Assembly (NCBI GenBank): GCA_041741535.1
Contig: JBGSJV010000027.1
Coordinates: 12,837-76,836, forward strand
From: Pirellulaceae bacterium
GTDB lineage: Bacteria > Planctomycetota > Planctomycetia > Pirellulales > Pirellulaceae
Direction of reading: 5' to 3'
Length of the DNA stretch: 64,000 nt
Shown: positions 19,927 through 28,308 of the stretch, in pieces
Layout of the letters: every line of letters starts with the position of its first letter
Numbering within the stretch: the stretch's first letter is position 1
The notes under the pieces: generated by a model
Databases searched by the model: none
What the model was told of the DNA's origin: nothing
What the model saw: the letters and a program-made list of their open reading frames with translations, nothing else
Translations under genes and position numbers: made by a program

Positions 19927-20244
19927 ATGGATCATGGCGCGAATGAGATTCAAAAAGAAGACGCGGCAACGGTCGTCAGGAATCAACGCCTTGGATTGAA
20001 GCTGTTTGCGGGCTATGCGATCATGTATTTTCTGTTCATTGTCTGCTGCATGACGTCGCCCGGATTGCTACAAGCGACGCCGTTGTGGGGAATCTCGAAC
20101 TCGGTGGTTTTTGGATTTGGTCTCATTTTTTTAGCGATTGCCATCGCTTTGATTTATGGATTGGCTTGTCGCGGTACGGGCGGTGTGTCGTCTCAATCCG
20201 TGCTTGGGACGCAACCGGACGCGACCTCGGAGTCCCATTCATGA
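19927..20244 (+). CDS. DUF485 (YjcH-like) membrane protein
   Basis: 105 aa with two TM helices, immediately upstream of and overlapping the acetate symporter gene. This is the conserved yjcH-actP arrangement. Confidence 0.75.
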   Translation: MDHGANEIQKEDAATVVRNQRLGLKLFAGYAIMYFLFIVCCMTSPGLLQATPLWGISNSVVFGFGLIFLAIAIALIYGLACRGTGGVSSQSVLGTQPDATSESHS

Positions 20245-21983
20245 TCTACGAAGTGAACTACACCGCCGTTACGGTGTTTACGCTTATTGTGGGCCTCACC
20301 CTTTGGCTCAGCGTTTATCTGGCGAAAAGCGCAACCAGTGCCTCGGGGTTTTTCGCGGCCAGTGGCGGCATCCATTGGTTCGTGAACGGAATCGCGTTCG
20401 CTGGCGACTATTTGTCGGCGGCATCGTTCTTGGGCATTTGCGGCATGATCGCGTTTTACGGCTATGATGGCTTTCTCTATTCGATTGGTTACTTAGCTGG
20501 ATGGATCGTGGCCCTGTTGGTCGTGGCCGAGCCCTTGAAACGACGCGGGAAATACACGTTTGCGGATGCCTTGGATTCCGCATTTCAGTCGCGGGCAATT
20601 CGTTTGTCGGCTTCGATGAGCACGTTGGTCGTGTCGGTCTTCTATTTGATTCCTCAGATGGTAGGCGCGGGCGCCTTGGTCCAACCGCTCTTTGGGTTGC
20701 CGCATTGGGTGGGCGTGACCATGGTTGGAGCCGTGGTCGTCGCCATCGTGATGACCGCCGGTATGGTCAGCACAACGTATGTTCAATTTCTCAAAGGTGG
20801 CTTGTTGGTTTTCTTCTCGTTGATTTTGACGATCCTGATCTTACAACGGGGTTTCACGGTTGTTCCCGAAAGCGAACGCGCCGCTCGGTTGGCCGACCAA
20901 GTTCGCGAAGAGACTCCTGACGGTCGCATCCTGATCAATGGCTTGCCCCAAGGTCGCGGTCCGGGAGAGACGGATCTGCGGCCGGTCGGGGAAGTTTTGG
21001 AATTGCCCAATGGTGCCACAGCGACAGGCCCCGTGGGACCACTCGAGTTTTTTCGAGTCCTACAAGGCAGTACGATTGCCCTCTGGCGTGGCAAAACGGT
21101 GGACAAGAAAACGACGTACACCGCGACTCCAACCGCTGGCACGGAGATCTTGCGACCAGGAAATCTTCCGGCCCTCAAGGGGATTCGCAGTGAGAAATGG
21201 GCGGACCGTTTGAATTTTGTCTCGTTGATGTTGGCTTTGTTTTGTGGCACCGCCGCCTTGCCCCATATCTTGATTCGTTATTATACGGTCAAGGATCAAG
21301 CCAGTGCTCGCAAGAGCACGATCGTTGGTATCGCCACGATCGGCTTCTTTTATATCTTGACCCTGTACTTGGGCATTGGTGCCATGACGAGTGGCGCGAT
21401 GGATGTGTCGGACAACAACATGGCGGCCCCGTTGTTGGCCCGGAGTTTCAGCAATTTGTTGTTTGCGTTGATTTCCGCCGTAGCCTTCACCACGGTCTTG
21501 GGGACCGTCAGTGGGTTGATTATCGCCGCCAGTGGAGCGGTCGCGCATGATGTGGTTCCAATCGTGACCGGCAAACCGTTAGACGATCGTTCGAAAATTC
21601 GGGTCGCCAAAATTTCAGCTCTGGTGGTTGGCTTGATCGCCATTGGCTTGGGGATCGCCTTTCAGAAAATGAATGTCAATTATTTGGTGGGTTGGGCGTT
21701 TAGTGTGGCCGCTTCGGCGAACCTACCCGCGTTGATCATGGTTTTGTTTTGGTCGAGGGCAACGTGGCAGGGAATCACCGCCTCGATCATGGTCGGAATG
21801 TTGTCGGCCTTGGCGTGGATTCTGTTGAGTGGTGACACGTTTAAAGATGTGTATGGCATGCCGGCCGATCAAAGCTGGATTCCCTTCAGTCAGCCGGGGA
21901 TTGTCACGATCCCTTTATCGTTCGTGACCCTGATCGTGGTCTCGCTGTTGACGAATAAACCCACCGAGCCAGTTCGCCGTTAG
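20241..21983 (+). CDS. actP: Cation/acetate symporter (SSF family)
   Basis: Multi-TM SSF protein (MIYEVNYTAV..., FFAASGGIHWFVNGIAFAGDYLSAASFLG). The ATG at 20241 overlaps the DUF485 stop (ATGA). The track start at 20085 lies inside the DUF485 gene. Confidence 0.85.
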   Translation: MIYEVNYTAVTVFTLIVGLTLWLSVYLAKSATSASGFFAASGGIHWFVNGIAFAGDYLSAASFLGICGMIAFYGYDGFLYSIGYLAGWIVALLVVAEPLKRRGKYTFADALDSAFQSRAIRLSASMSTLVVSVFYLIPQMVGAGALVQPLFGLPHWVGVTMVGAVVVAIVMTAGMVSTTYVQFLKGGLLVFFSLILTILILQRGFTVVPESERAARLADQVREETPDGRILINGLPQGRGPGETDLRPVGEVLELPNGATATGPVGPLEFFRVLQGSTIALWRGKTVDKKTTYTATPTAGTEILRPGNLPALKGIRSEKWADRLNFVSLMLALFCGTAALPHILIRYYTVKDQASARKSTIVGIATIGFFYILTLYLGIGAMTSGAMDVSDNNMAAPLLARSFSNLLFALISAVAFTTVLGTVSGLIIAASGAVAHDVVPIVTGKPLDDRSKIRVAKISALVVGLIAIGLGIAFQKMNVNYLVGWAFSVAASANLPALIMVLFWSRATWQGITASIMVGMLSALAWILLSGDTFKDVYGMPADQSWIPFSQPGIVTIPLSFVTLIVVSLLTNKPTEPVRR

Positions 21984-22020
21984 CGACCGTAGGCATTTTG
22001 CCCCGTGAGGATCGACAGCC

Positions 22021-23448
22021 ATGGATATTCTCCGTTTTGGGATGGGTCGACTTGGCCCGACAGCACTTTCGCATTGTCTTCTCTTATTCTTCGCCTGTGT
22101 CCTCGATGACCGTGTCCTCGATGACAGTGTCCTCGACGGCAGTGTCGCTTTGGCTCAGGAATCGCCGCAGACGTATCGAAGATTCGAGGTCTTGGATCAA
22201 GGTGATCGCGTGGCTTCCCTGAAGGTCACGGCCGAAGCGGTCGTCCCCCGTTGGGCTCAAGAGGTATCACAAGCGAAATACTCGTGGTCGACCGAGGTCA
22301 ACGCCACGCCGCGTTTTGAGTTACCTTTGGTCTTTGTCCTTCCGCCGGTCGAGCCGGATCAACCATTTGGAAATCACAACCATCAACCGTCACTTGCATG
22401 GTTGGACAATGGAGACTTGATCGCCATTTGGTATTCGACCAGTTCCGAATCAGGCACCGAACTCACGGTTCTGGCTTCCCGTTTGCGAGCGAATGCAGAT
22501 CAATGGGATCCCTCGAGTGAATTCTTTAAGGCCGAGCAGCGCAACATGCATGGGTCGGCGATCTTCCACGATGGTGCCGGCACCTTGTTTCACATCAACG
22601 GAATGGGGCCGTTGGGCGGTCGAGGCTGGGCGAAATTGGCGTTGTTACAACGAACCAGTCGTGACCATGGGGTCACGTGGAGCTCACCCCAAGCCATCGG
22701 TCCCGAGTACACGACGCGGCACCAGGTCATATCGGGAACGTTGCGAACTTCCGCCGGATATTTGATCCAATGTTGTGACGCGGACCCCGGACCAAACGGT
22801 GGCACGGCGATCCATGTGAGTCATGACGACGGCAAGACTTGGTCGGATGCGGGACGCGGAACCAAACCCGAATTTGTGAGCGGAGGCAACGGACTCGGCA
22901 CTGTGGCCGGCATTCACGCGTCGGTGGTCGAATTGGCCAATGGCAATCTCTTGGCATTGGGCCGAGGGGATTCGATCGACGGCCACATGCCGCAAAGTAT
23001 TTCACGCGACACGGGGAAGACGTGGGAATATAGCCCCAGTCCCTTTCCGCCGATTGGTGGTGGGCAACGCTTGATTTTGCGACGGCTAAACGAAGGCCCC
23101 TTATTGCTGGTTTCGTTCACGTCTGGCAATCGCACCGAGCCGGAAGCAAATCCGCAGTCATTTATTGACCAACTAGGCCAAACTTTCGCGGGAAATGGCA
23201 TGTATGCGGCGGTGTCGTTTGACGAAGGAGCCACTTGGCCGCTGCGCAAACTACTGACACCTGGATCCGGAAACTGGGATGGTGGTGCCCATACAAAAGA
23301 ATTCACTGCTTCGCCAACTCGCGCTGAACATGCGGGTTATTTGGCTTCCACGCAAACGCCCGACAACACCATTCACGTGATCAGTAGTCGCTTGCACTAC
23401 CAATTCAATCTCGCGTGGTTGGCAGAGGGTTACCACAGCTCGAAGTAA
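22021..23448 (+). CDS. BNR/Asp-box repeat glycoside hydrolase (sialidase-like), secreted
   Basis: Four Asp-boxes (SxDxGxTW): SRDHGVTWS, SHDDGKTWS, SRDTGKTWE, SFDEGATWP. Signal-like N-terminus. Confidence 0.75.
   Translation: MDILRFGMGRLGPTALSHCLLLFFACVLDDRVLDDSVLDGSVALAQESPQTYRRFEVLDQGDRVASLKVTAEAVVPRWAQEVSQAKYSWSTEVNATPRFELPLVFVLPPVEPDQPFGNHNHQPSLAWLDNGDLIAIWYSTSSESGTELTVLASRLRANADQWDPSSEFFKAEQRNMHGSAIFHDGAGTLFHINGMGPLGGRGWAKLALLQRTSRDHGVTWSSPQAIGPEYTTRHQVISGTLRTSAGYLIQCCDADPGPNGGTAIHVSHDDGKTWSDAGRGTKPEFVSGGNGLGTVAGIHASVVELANGNLLALGRGDSIDGHMPQSISRDTGKTWEYSPSPFPPIGGGQRLILRRLNEGPLLLVSFTSGNRTEPEANPQSFIDQLGQTFAGNGMYAAVSFDEGATWPLRKLLTPGSGNWDGGAHTKEFTASPTRAEHAGYLASTQTPDNTIHVISSRLHYQFNLAWLAEGYHSSK
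22097..22148 (+). repeat. 15-bp tandem repeat, about 3.4 copies (gtgtcctcgatgacc / ...aca / gtgtcctcgacggca)
   Basis: Read directly from the sequence. It encodes VLDDR-VLDDS-VLDGS-V just after the signal peptide of the BNR protein. Confidence 0.9.
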
Positions 23449-23586
23449 TTGTCATTTCTGGCCCCAGCCGAGCTCACTTTGGTTGAGCCAAGGATAGGTC
23501 GCGATCACCGGCTGGCCGGTCCCGAGCCGTTGTCGGTCATGTTATGGGCGTGCGAACTGCGGACGTCTGGCGAACAGATTCCGACA

Positions 23587-23862
23587 ATGGACGAGGGGGA
23601 ACCACCCCAGGTTGTTGAGAGCGTTGGCGGCGACAATCCTTCGTCGGATGTAGAAGCAAGTTATCTCTGCGATGCGTGTGGCGAAGAGATCATCATTCCG
23701 TTGGATTTGACGGCAGGATCGTATCAGACGTATGTGGAGGACTGCCCCGTCTGCTGCCGCGCCAACGTCATCAAAGTCCAACTAGACCCCAACGGCACCC
23801 TCCAAGCCTGGGCAGAACCAGAACGGGACCACGGTAGTTTGCGACGTTTTTGCTTGCAATAA
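23587..23862 (+). CDS. CPXCG-motif cysteine-rich protein
   Basis: YLCDACGEEIIIPLDLTAGSYQTYVEDCPVCCRANVIKV matches the CPXCG-family pattern. The ATG at 23587 is the likely start within the longer track ORF. Confidence 0.7.
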   Translation: MDEGEPPQVVESVGGDNPSSDVEASYLCDACGEEIIIPLDLTAGSYQTYVEDCPVCCRANVIKVQLDPNGTLQAWAEPERDHGSLRRFCLQ

Positions 23863-23936
23863 TGAAAAATCGCGGAAATCTGTTAAAATGAGTACAATCA
23901 GGCCGAAAAGCGAGATCATTTGACGAGCGATTTCAT

Positions 23937-23965
23937 TTGACAAGAAAGACAATAGATCATATGAT
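23937..23965 (+). promoter_or_regulatory. Sigma70-like promoter TTGACA-17 nt-TATGAT for the 24001-26754 operon
   Basis: TTGACA at 23937-23942 and TATGAT at 23960-23965, about 35 nt upstream of ATG 24001. A direct repeat tcatttgac x2 lies just upstream. Confidence 0.55.
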
Positions 23966-23970
23966 CTATT
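23951..23970. promoter_or_regulatory. Perfect 20-bp palindrome aatagatcatatgatctatt (candidate operator)
   Basis: The sequence is exactly self-complementary when read directly. It overlaps the predicted -10 box. Confidence 0.6.
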
Positions 23971-24000
23971 CATGCTATACCATTTCGTGAGAGCAGGCAG

Positions 24001-24375
24001 ATGGGAGATGAACTTGAGGAAATACGCCACCAACTGGTGGTTCTTTGCCAGCGCAAGGGGGCGCGCAAAAGCGAGTGGTCGATCAATTGCCCGACGGAAT
24101 GGCAACCCACCACAGTTATCGAGCCGCAAACTGGCTTGCCGTTTACCGACGCGGGTGCTTGGGAATTTGTCGCTGAGAAGCTTAGAGACGGCTTGGAGCT
24201 AGAGACGGTTCAACTTGAAAGGCCGCCAGGTTCGATTGGCTATGTCTTGAAGATCCCGCTTGGCGACAGGAAGTTGTACGTGAAGTTACAGCTAGGGGCC
24301 GGAAAGGTCGTGGGCCGCAGTTTTCATTACAGCACAGAAACGAACCGCCCGTCTAAGGAGATTAAGAATGAATGA
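24001..24375 (+). CDS. Small protein, possible MqsR-like (RelE-fold) toxin
   Basis: 124 aa. The stop overlaps the start of the downstream MqsA-like gene by 8 nt. The C-terminal LYVKLQLGAGKVVGRSFH resembles MqsR VYLKITVIHDVLIVSFKEK (recalled). The gene order matches mqsR-mqsA. Confidence 0.4.
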   Translation: MGDELEEIRHQLVVLCQRKGARKSEWSINCPTEWQPTTVIEPQTGLPFTDAGAWEFVAEKLRDGLELETVQLERPPGSIGYVLKIPLGDRKLYVKLQLGAGKVVGRSFHYSTETNRPSKEIKNE

Positions 24376-24940
24376 TTCCAGCGAGATAATATTCCCAGCA
24401 ATCGATTGTCCTTCATGCAGTTCAGGGAATGTTCGGTCACGCTTTGTCGACACGTCGTTTCCATATGGGCAAGGCGAATCGGCGGTCTTGCTTCCAGTCA
24501 CGCTTCAAGCATTTAGCTGCCTAGACTGTGGGCTCGAGTATGTTGACGATAGCGCCGAGGAATTAAAGCACGACGCGGTTTGTCGGCATATGGGCGTCTT
24601 CACTCCAGCGGAAGTTGAGTCAGTCCGTAACGCCATTGGCATGACTCGGGCGAAGTTCGCAGAGTTAACGAAGATTGGCGAGGCGACTTTAGGACGATGG
24701 GAACGTGGCGCACTGATTCAGAATTCCGCATATGACCAGTTCCTTTACTTGCTTAAATTTTCCGACAATGTAGTTCGTTTACTTAATCGCGAACTGCTAC
24801 AAAAATCTGGGAACCTGCCAACTGGATCAAGCATGGAAGAAGTGCAGTCCAAGTTTAGAGGCTTGGTTAAATCGGAAAGACTGGGCGCTGCGGTAAAAAA
24901 CGCTGCCACTTTTCGTTTGCATGATCCGGAAGCTGCATAG
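24368..24940 (+). CDS. MqsA-family antitoxin-like protein (N-terminal CxxC...CxxC zinc finger + XRE-type HTH)
   Basis: CPSCSSG...CLDCG zinc ribbon followed by an HTH (IGMTRAKFAELTKIGEATLGRWERGALIQNSAYDQFLYLL). This is the same architecture as MqsA/YgiT. Confidence 0.7.
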   Translation: MNDSSEIIFPAIDCPSCSSGNVRSRFVDTSFPYGQGESAVLLPVTLQAFSCLDCGLEYVDDSAEELKHDAVCRHMGVFTPAEVESVRNAIGMTRAKFAELTKIGEATLGRWERGALIQNSAYDQFLYLLKFSDNVVRLLNRELLQKSGNLPTGSSMEEVQSKFRGLVKSERLGAAVKNAATFRLHDPEAA

Positions 24941-24942
24941 CC

Positions 24943-26754
24943 ATGTACATAACAACGTTCTACTCATTCAAGGGCGGCGTCGGCCGGACATTTGCACTTG
25001 TAAATGTCGCAACAGCCCTGGCACGAGCCGGTCGCACGGTATTAATCGTCGACTTTGATCTCGAGGCGCCCGGATTGCAGACCTTTGCGGAGCTCAAGCC
25101 CAAGAAGCCGTCCAAAGGAGTTGTTGAATTTGTGTCCGACTACATAGCAGCCGGTAGCACCGCAGACGTCCGCGATTATGTATACGAAACCAAGGGTGTT
25201 GCGGCTAATGGAGGTAGATTGTGGGTGATGCCCGCTGGAACGGGCGATGGCAACTATCGACGGCAATTGTCCAATATTCACTGGCAAACGCTATATGCCG
25301 AGCAAAACGGGTATTTGATGATGGAAGATCTAAAGGCGCAATGGGAAGACGCCTTTGCACCGGATTACGTTTTCATCGATTCTCGAACTGGGCACACGGA
25401 CGTCGAGGGCATATGTACGAGACAATTACCGGACGCTGTTGTTTTGCTTTTTTTTCCCAACGAGCAAAATCTTGCTGGGCTGGCGGAGGTCGTCGAGGAC
25501 ATTCGGAGTGATCGGTCGCGTACTGACAGGTTGCCGAAGCTACACTTCGTAGTTTCAAACGTCCCCGAACTCGATGATGAAGATGATGTATTAAAAGGAA
25601 GTTTACAACGTTTTCGAAAATCGCTTCGATTTACCTCGCATAATACGATTCGGCATTACCCTAGCCTAGCGTTGGTTGACCAGTGCATTTTCGTGCTTAA
25701 TCGACCAAAGAGTCGATTGACCAAGGAGTATTTGAAACTCAAAGACACCATTATTCTGCACAACATGCGCGACCGCGAGGCAGCCATTGATTACCTACGA
25801 CAAGGAATTCGTCCCTACGGTTTTCGCTTTGAAAGTACGAAGCAAGATCTCGAACGGCGACTAGAAGAAATTCGATCATACCATCCGAACGATGGCGAAA
25901 TACTGTTCTTTATCGCATTGCTTCGCCGATCCGAGGGCAGGACTGACGAGGCCCTCCAATTGTTGGATAAGGCTATTGATAACGGATTTGAGCAAGGGAA
26001 AGTCTTTCTGGAGCGGGCTGCAGGGCGACTCTATACGGGCGATCGGTCTGGCGCGGCGGAAGATGCGCTTCATGCACTTGGGCTATCCAATTTATCTGAC
26101 ACGGAAGTTGCCAAGGCAGCGAGACTACTGGGAATGGCAGAAGAAAATCGCTTGGATGCCGTTTGGGAATGTGCGGCATTGCGAGAAATCCCAGTCGTAC
26201 AACGCGGCCCAATTGTTCAAGCTCTAATGCGGTTTCGAAGAGGACTTCCGTCTGCAATAAAAATTCTTGAATTCGAGATTGACCAGTGTAGTTCGCACAA
26301 AGGAAACGCCAAAAGTCTTTTATCGCTATGCTTGATTGGTGACGGACGTTTCGAGGAGGCATTGCAACACCTCGGTGTCAAACATGAGTGTTTGTCAAAA
26401 TCTAACATTTCCGATCGATTCAATTTCGCCATGAGCACATGGGCAAAGTCAAATGCAAAGCCTGACGAGCTGCTAAATGAGCTTGGCAAATACTTCGAGC
26501 GAGGTAGCGAAGATGTTCCGGGTGATGCAAATTACCCGCAATGTTGTGCCTTAGTATTTGCTGCGATAGGCAATCGCGACGAGGCAATCAAGCACGCACT
26601 GGAAGCGAAAAGGCGAATCGAGAAATCTGGGGAGATGGCGTTTAGTTGCTGGCGGTATTTAAACGCTCTCCCAAAAGACTTCTCGGAAGACTGCGATGCC
26701 ATCATAGAGTTTGCGAAGTCTGGGAATCCGATGCCCAAGTTTATTGCGAACTAA
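24943..26754 (+). CDS. KGGVGR-motif ParA/MinD-like ATPase fused to a C-terminal TPR-like repeat domain
   Basis: Deviant Walker A FYSFKGGVGRTF, then VLIVDFDLEAPGL, YVFIDSRTGHTD. The C-terminal ~320 aa are helical repeats. The ATG lies 2 nt after the upstream stop. Confidence 0.8.
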   Translation: MYITTFYSFKGGVGRTFALVNVATALARAGRTVLIVDFDLEAPGLQTFAELKPKKPSKGVVEFVSDYIAAGSTADVRDYVYETKGVAANGGRLWVMPAGTGDGNYRRQLSNIHWQTLYAEQNGYLMMEDLKAQWEDAFAPDYVFIDSRTGHTDVEGICTRQLPDAVVLLFFPNEQNLAGLAEVVEDIRSDRSRTDRLPKLHFVVSNVPELDDEDDVLKGSLQRFRKSLRFTSHNTIRHYPSLALVDQCIFVLNRPKSRLTKEYLKLKDTIILHNMRDREAAIDYLRQGIRPYGFRFESTKQDLERRLEEIRSYHPNDGEILFFIALLRRSEGRTDEALQLLDKAIDNGFEQGKVFLERAAGRLYTGDRSGAAEDALHALGLSNLSDTEVAKAARLLGMAEENRLDAVWECAALREIPVVQRGPIVQALMRFRRGLPSAIKILEFEIDQCSSHKGNAKSLLSLCLIGDGRFEEALQHLGVKHECLSKSNISDRFNFAMSTWAKSNAKPDELLNELGKYFERGSEDVPGDANYPQCCALVFAAIGNRDEAIKHALEAKRRIEKSGEMAFSCWRYLNALPKDFSEDCDAIIEFAKSGNPMPKFIAN

Positions 26755-27171
26755 ATAGAAATTCCCTCAGACGTTCGGTCGGTTGCTTGCTTTAAATTGA
26801 ACTGAAGATCTACACCAACGCCAGCCCCATCTGCGAAAAACTCGGGCCAAACAGTGACAGATACGTATATGGCTCACCCGCCCACGACTGAAGTTTCGGC
26901 GCAGAGAGATTCGCGACAGCGTCGGTCATTCGGCGACAGACGGGCAATTAGAAATGGCCACGGATGAAGCGAAAAAACAGTTCAATGACTTCGGTACCAG
27001 AAGCTTGTCGCAACGAACCAAACCAACTAGAATCCTTCACGTTGGACTCTCCAACTGCACGAACCGTTGCGTCCACAGTACTCGAAACCTCCGACCGTGC
27101 GACAATCGCACGACAGGAGTCCACTCTTTAAGATTTAACACTTTTTGGGACGCTTCCACCAAGAATCGACT

Positions 27172-28308
27172 TTAATTAGAAGCGAGTCCGAGATCGCCAT
27201 CGCCATATATCAGGACAAGACGTTTTCCACGACTCTTTGACATCCGCATGGCCTCGTTCGCATGTATCGTCAGCTCTTCAAAGTTGTTGGCTTGAGAGGG
27301 ATAACTTGCAATGCCACCGCTTATCGTGATTCTACGCATTCCGTTTTCGGTCGTAAAACCCTGTTCGGCGACGTTCTTCGCGAGGCGGTCTAAAAGGAGC
27401 TTCGCCTCTGAACCCTCCGTATTCTTGAATACCATCAGAAACTCATCGCCGCTACGATGGTATACCACGGCGCGATGTTCTAGTTCCGATACAAGCGTAT
27501 CAGCAAGTTGGCGAATTACATTGTCAGTTGCATCATGACCAATCTCGGTATTCAATGCCTTTAGATCGTCCATGTCAATGAAAGCCACAGAGAGCGGTTG
27601 CCGTGGGTTCTCTAAGTATTGAAGCGAGTCCCGCTCAAACTGGGTTAGGTCAGGAAGACCAGTCAGCTGATTTCTGCTTACGGGCTCGGAGTCAGACTCC
27701 ATGAGCTCAATTGCGATTCGCTTGTCCAATTCATGAATAATCTGACTGTGCAACTGCCACACTGCGGAATGGTGCGAGTAACTAGACTCCTCGGAATGAA
27801 ATTGAGCAAAGAGGGATCGCGTTGAAGTCGCCGCCTCACGCAACCCAGCGGAGGTCAAATTGAGCAAGATAGCTTTCAGTGTGTCTTGGGGTAGGTTATT
27901 TGGTTCGGTCATAAGGGACCAAACGGAAATCAACCGACCGGCTTCGTACAACACTGTACCCACGCCTTCGAGCGATGCTTCAGCGAATTCGGCCACCGCC
28001 GTTGTGACTTCGGCCGCTTCAGCCATGGTCTCTTCGAACAGTTGTTCCACTTGTTGCTGGGATTTAACCACGCCCATGCGAATACTGACAACAGCGAAGT
28101 TAATCTTTTCCAGCTTTTCAACCAAACTGGCGGCCGTACGCGCGGGCATCAACCGTTTGGCGGCCGCCTTCACCGGGTAGACAGCTCTTCCCATATCCGT
28201 GTACGGACTTGATTGCCCAAATGGACCCAATAAAGCCTCTATCGTCGGCCGTATCTGATGCGTGTAGAACCCGAGATTGAACGCAGCTCTATGTCGATGC
28301 GCATCCAC
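27172..28308 (-). CDS. GGDEF-family nucleotide cyclase (SGDEF variant) with an uncharacterised ~200-aa helical N-terminal domain
   Basis: QLTGLPDLTQF, FIDMDDLKALNTEIGHDATD, YHRSGDEFLMVF, ITISGGIAS, ANEAMRMSKSRGK. No RxxD I-site upstream of SGDEF. GTG start with GGAGGAG 5 nt upstream. Confidence 0.8.
   Translation of the reverse strand: MDAHRHRAAFNLGFYTHQIRPTIEALLGPFGQSSPYTDMGRAVYPVKAAAKRLMPARTAASLVEKLEKINFAVVSIRMGVVKSQQQVEQLFEETMAEAAEVTTAVAEFAEASLEGVGTVLYEAGRLISVWSLMTEPNNLPQDTLKAILLNLTSAGLREAATSTRSLFAQFHSEESSYSHHSAVWQLHSQIIHELDKRIAIELMESDSEPVSRNQLTGLPDLTQFERDSLQYLENPRQPLSVAFIDMDDLKALNTEIGHDATDNVIRQLADTLVSELEHRAVVYHRSGDEFLMVFKNTEGSEAKLLLDRLAKNVAEQGFTTENGMRRITISGGIASYPSQANNFEELTIHANEAMRMSKSRGKRLVLIYGDGDLGLASN

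Noticed and set aside
20085-20240. Longest-ORF starts that overlap upstream genes (actP from 20085, birA from 18808, trmL from 11220, hsdR from 36617, beta-prime-like from 59206)
   Set aside because: The ORF track uses the most upstream ATG, GTG or TTG. Internal starts with ATGA/GTGA overlaps or SD sequences fit better and agree with the N-termini of the protein families.
26954-27175. 73-aa plus-strand ORF in the convergent gap between the ATPase-TPR gene and the cyclase gene
   Set aside because: It has no RBS or motif, it runs into the cyclase stop codon, and it was probably listed only because of its length.
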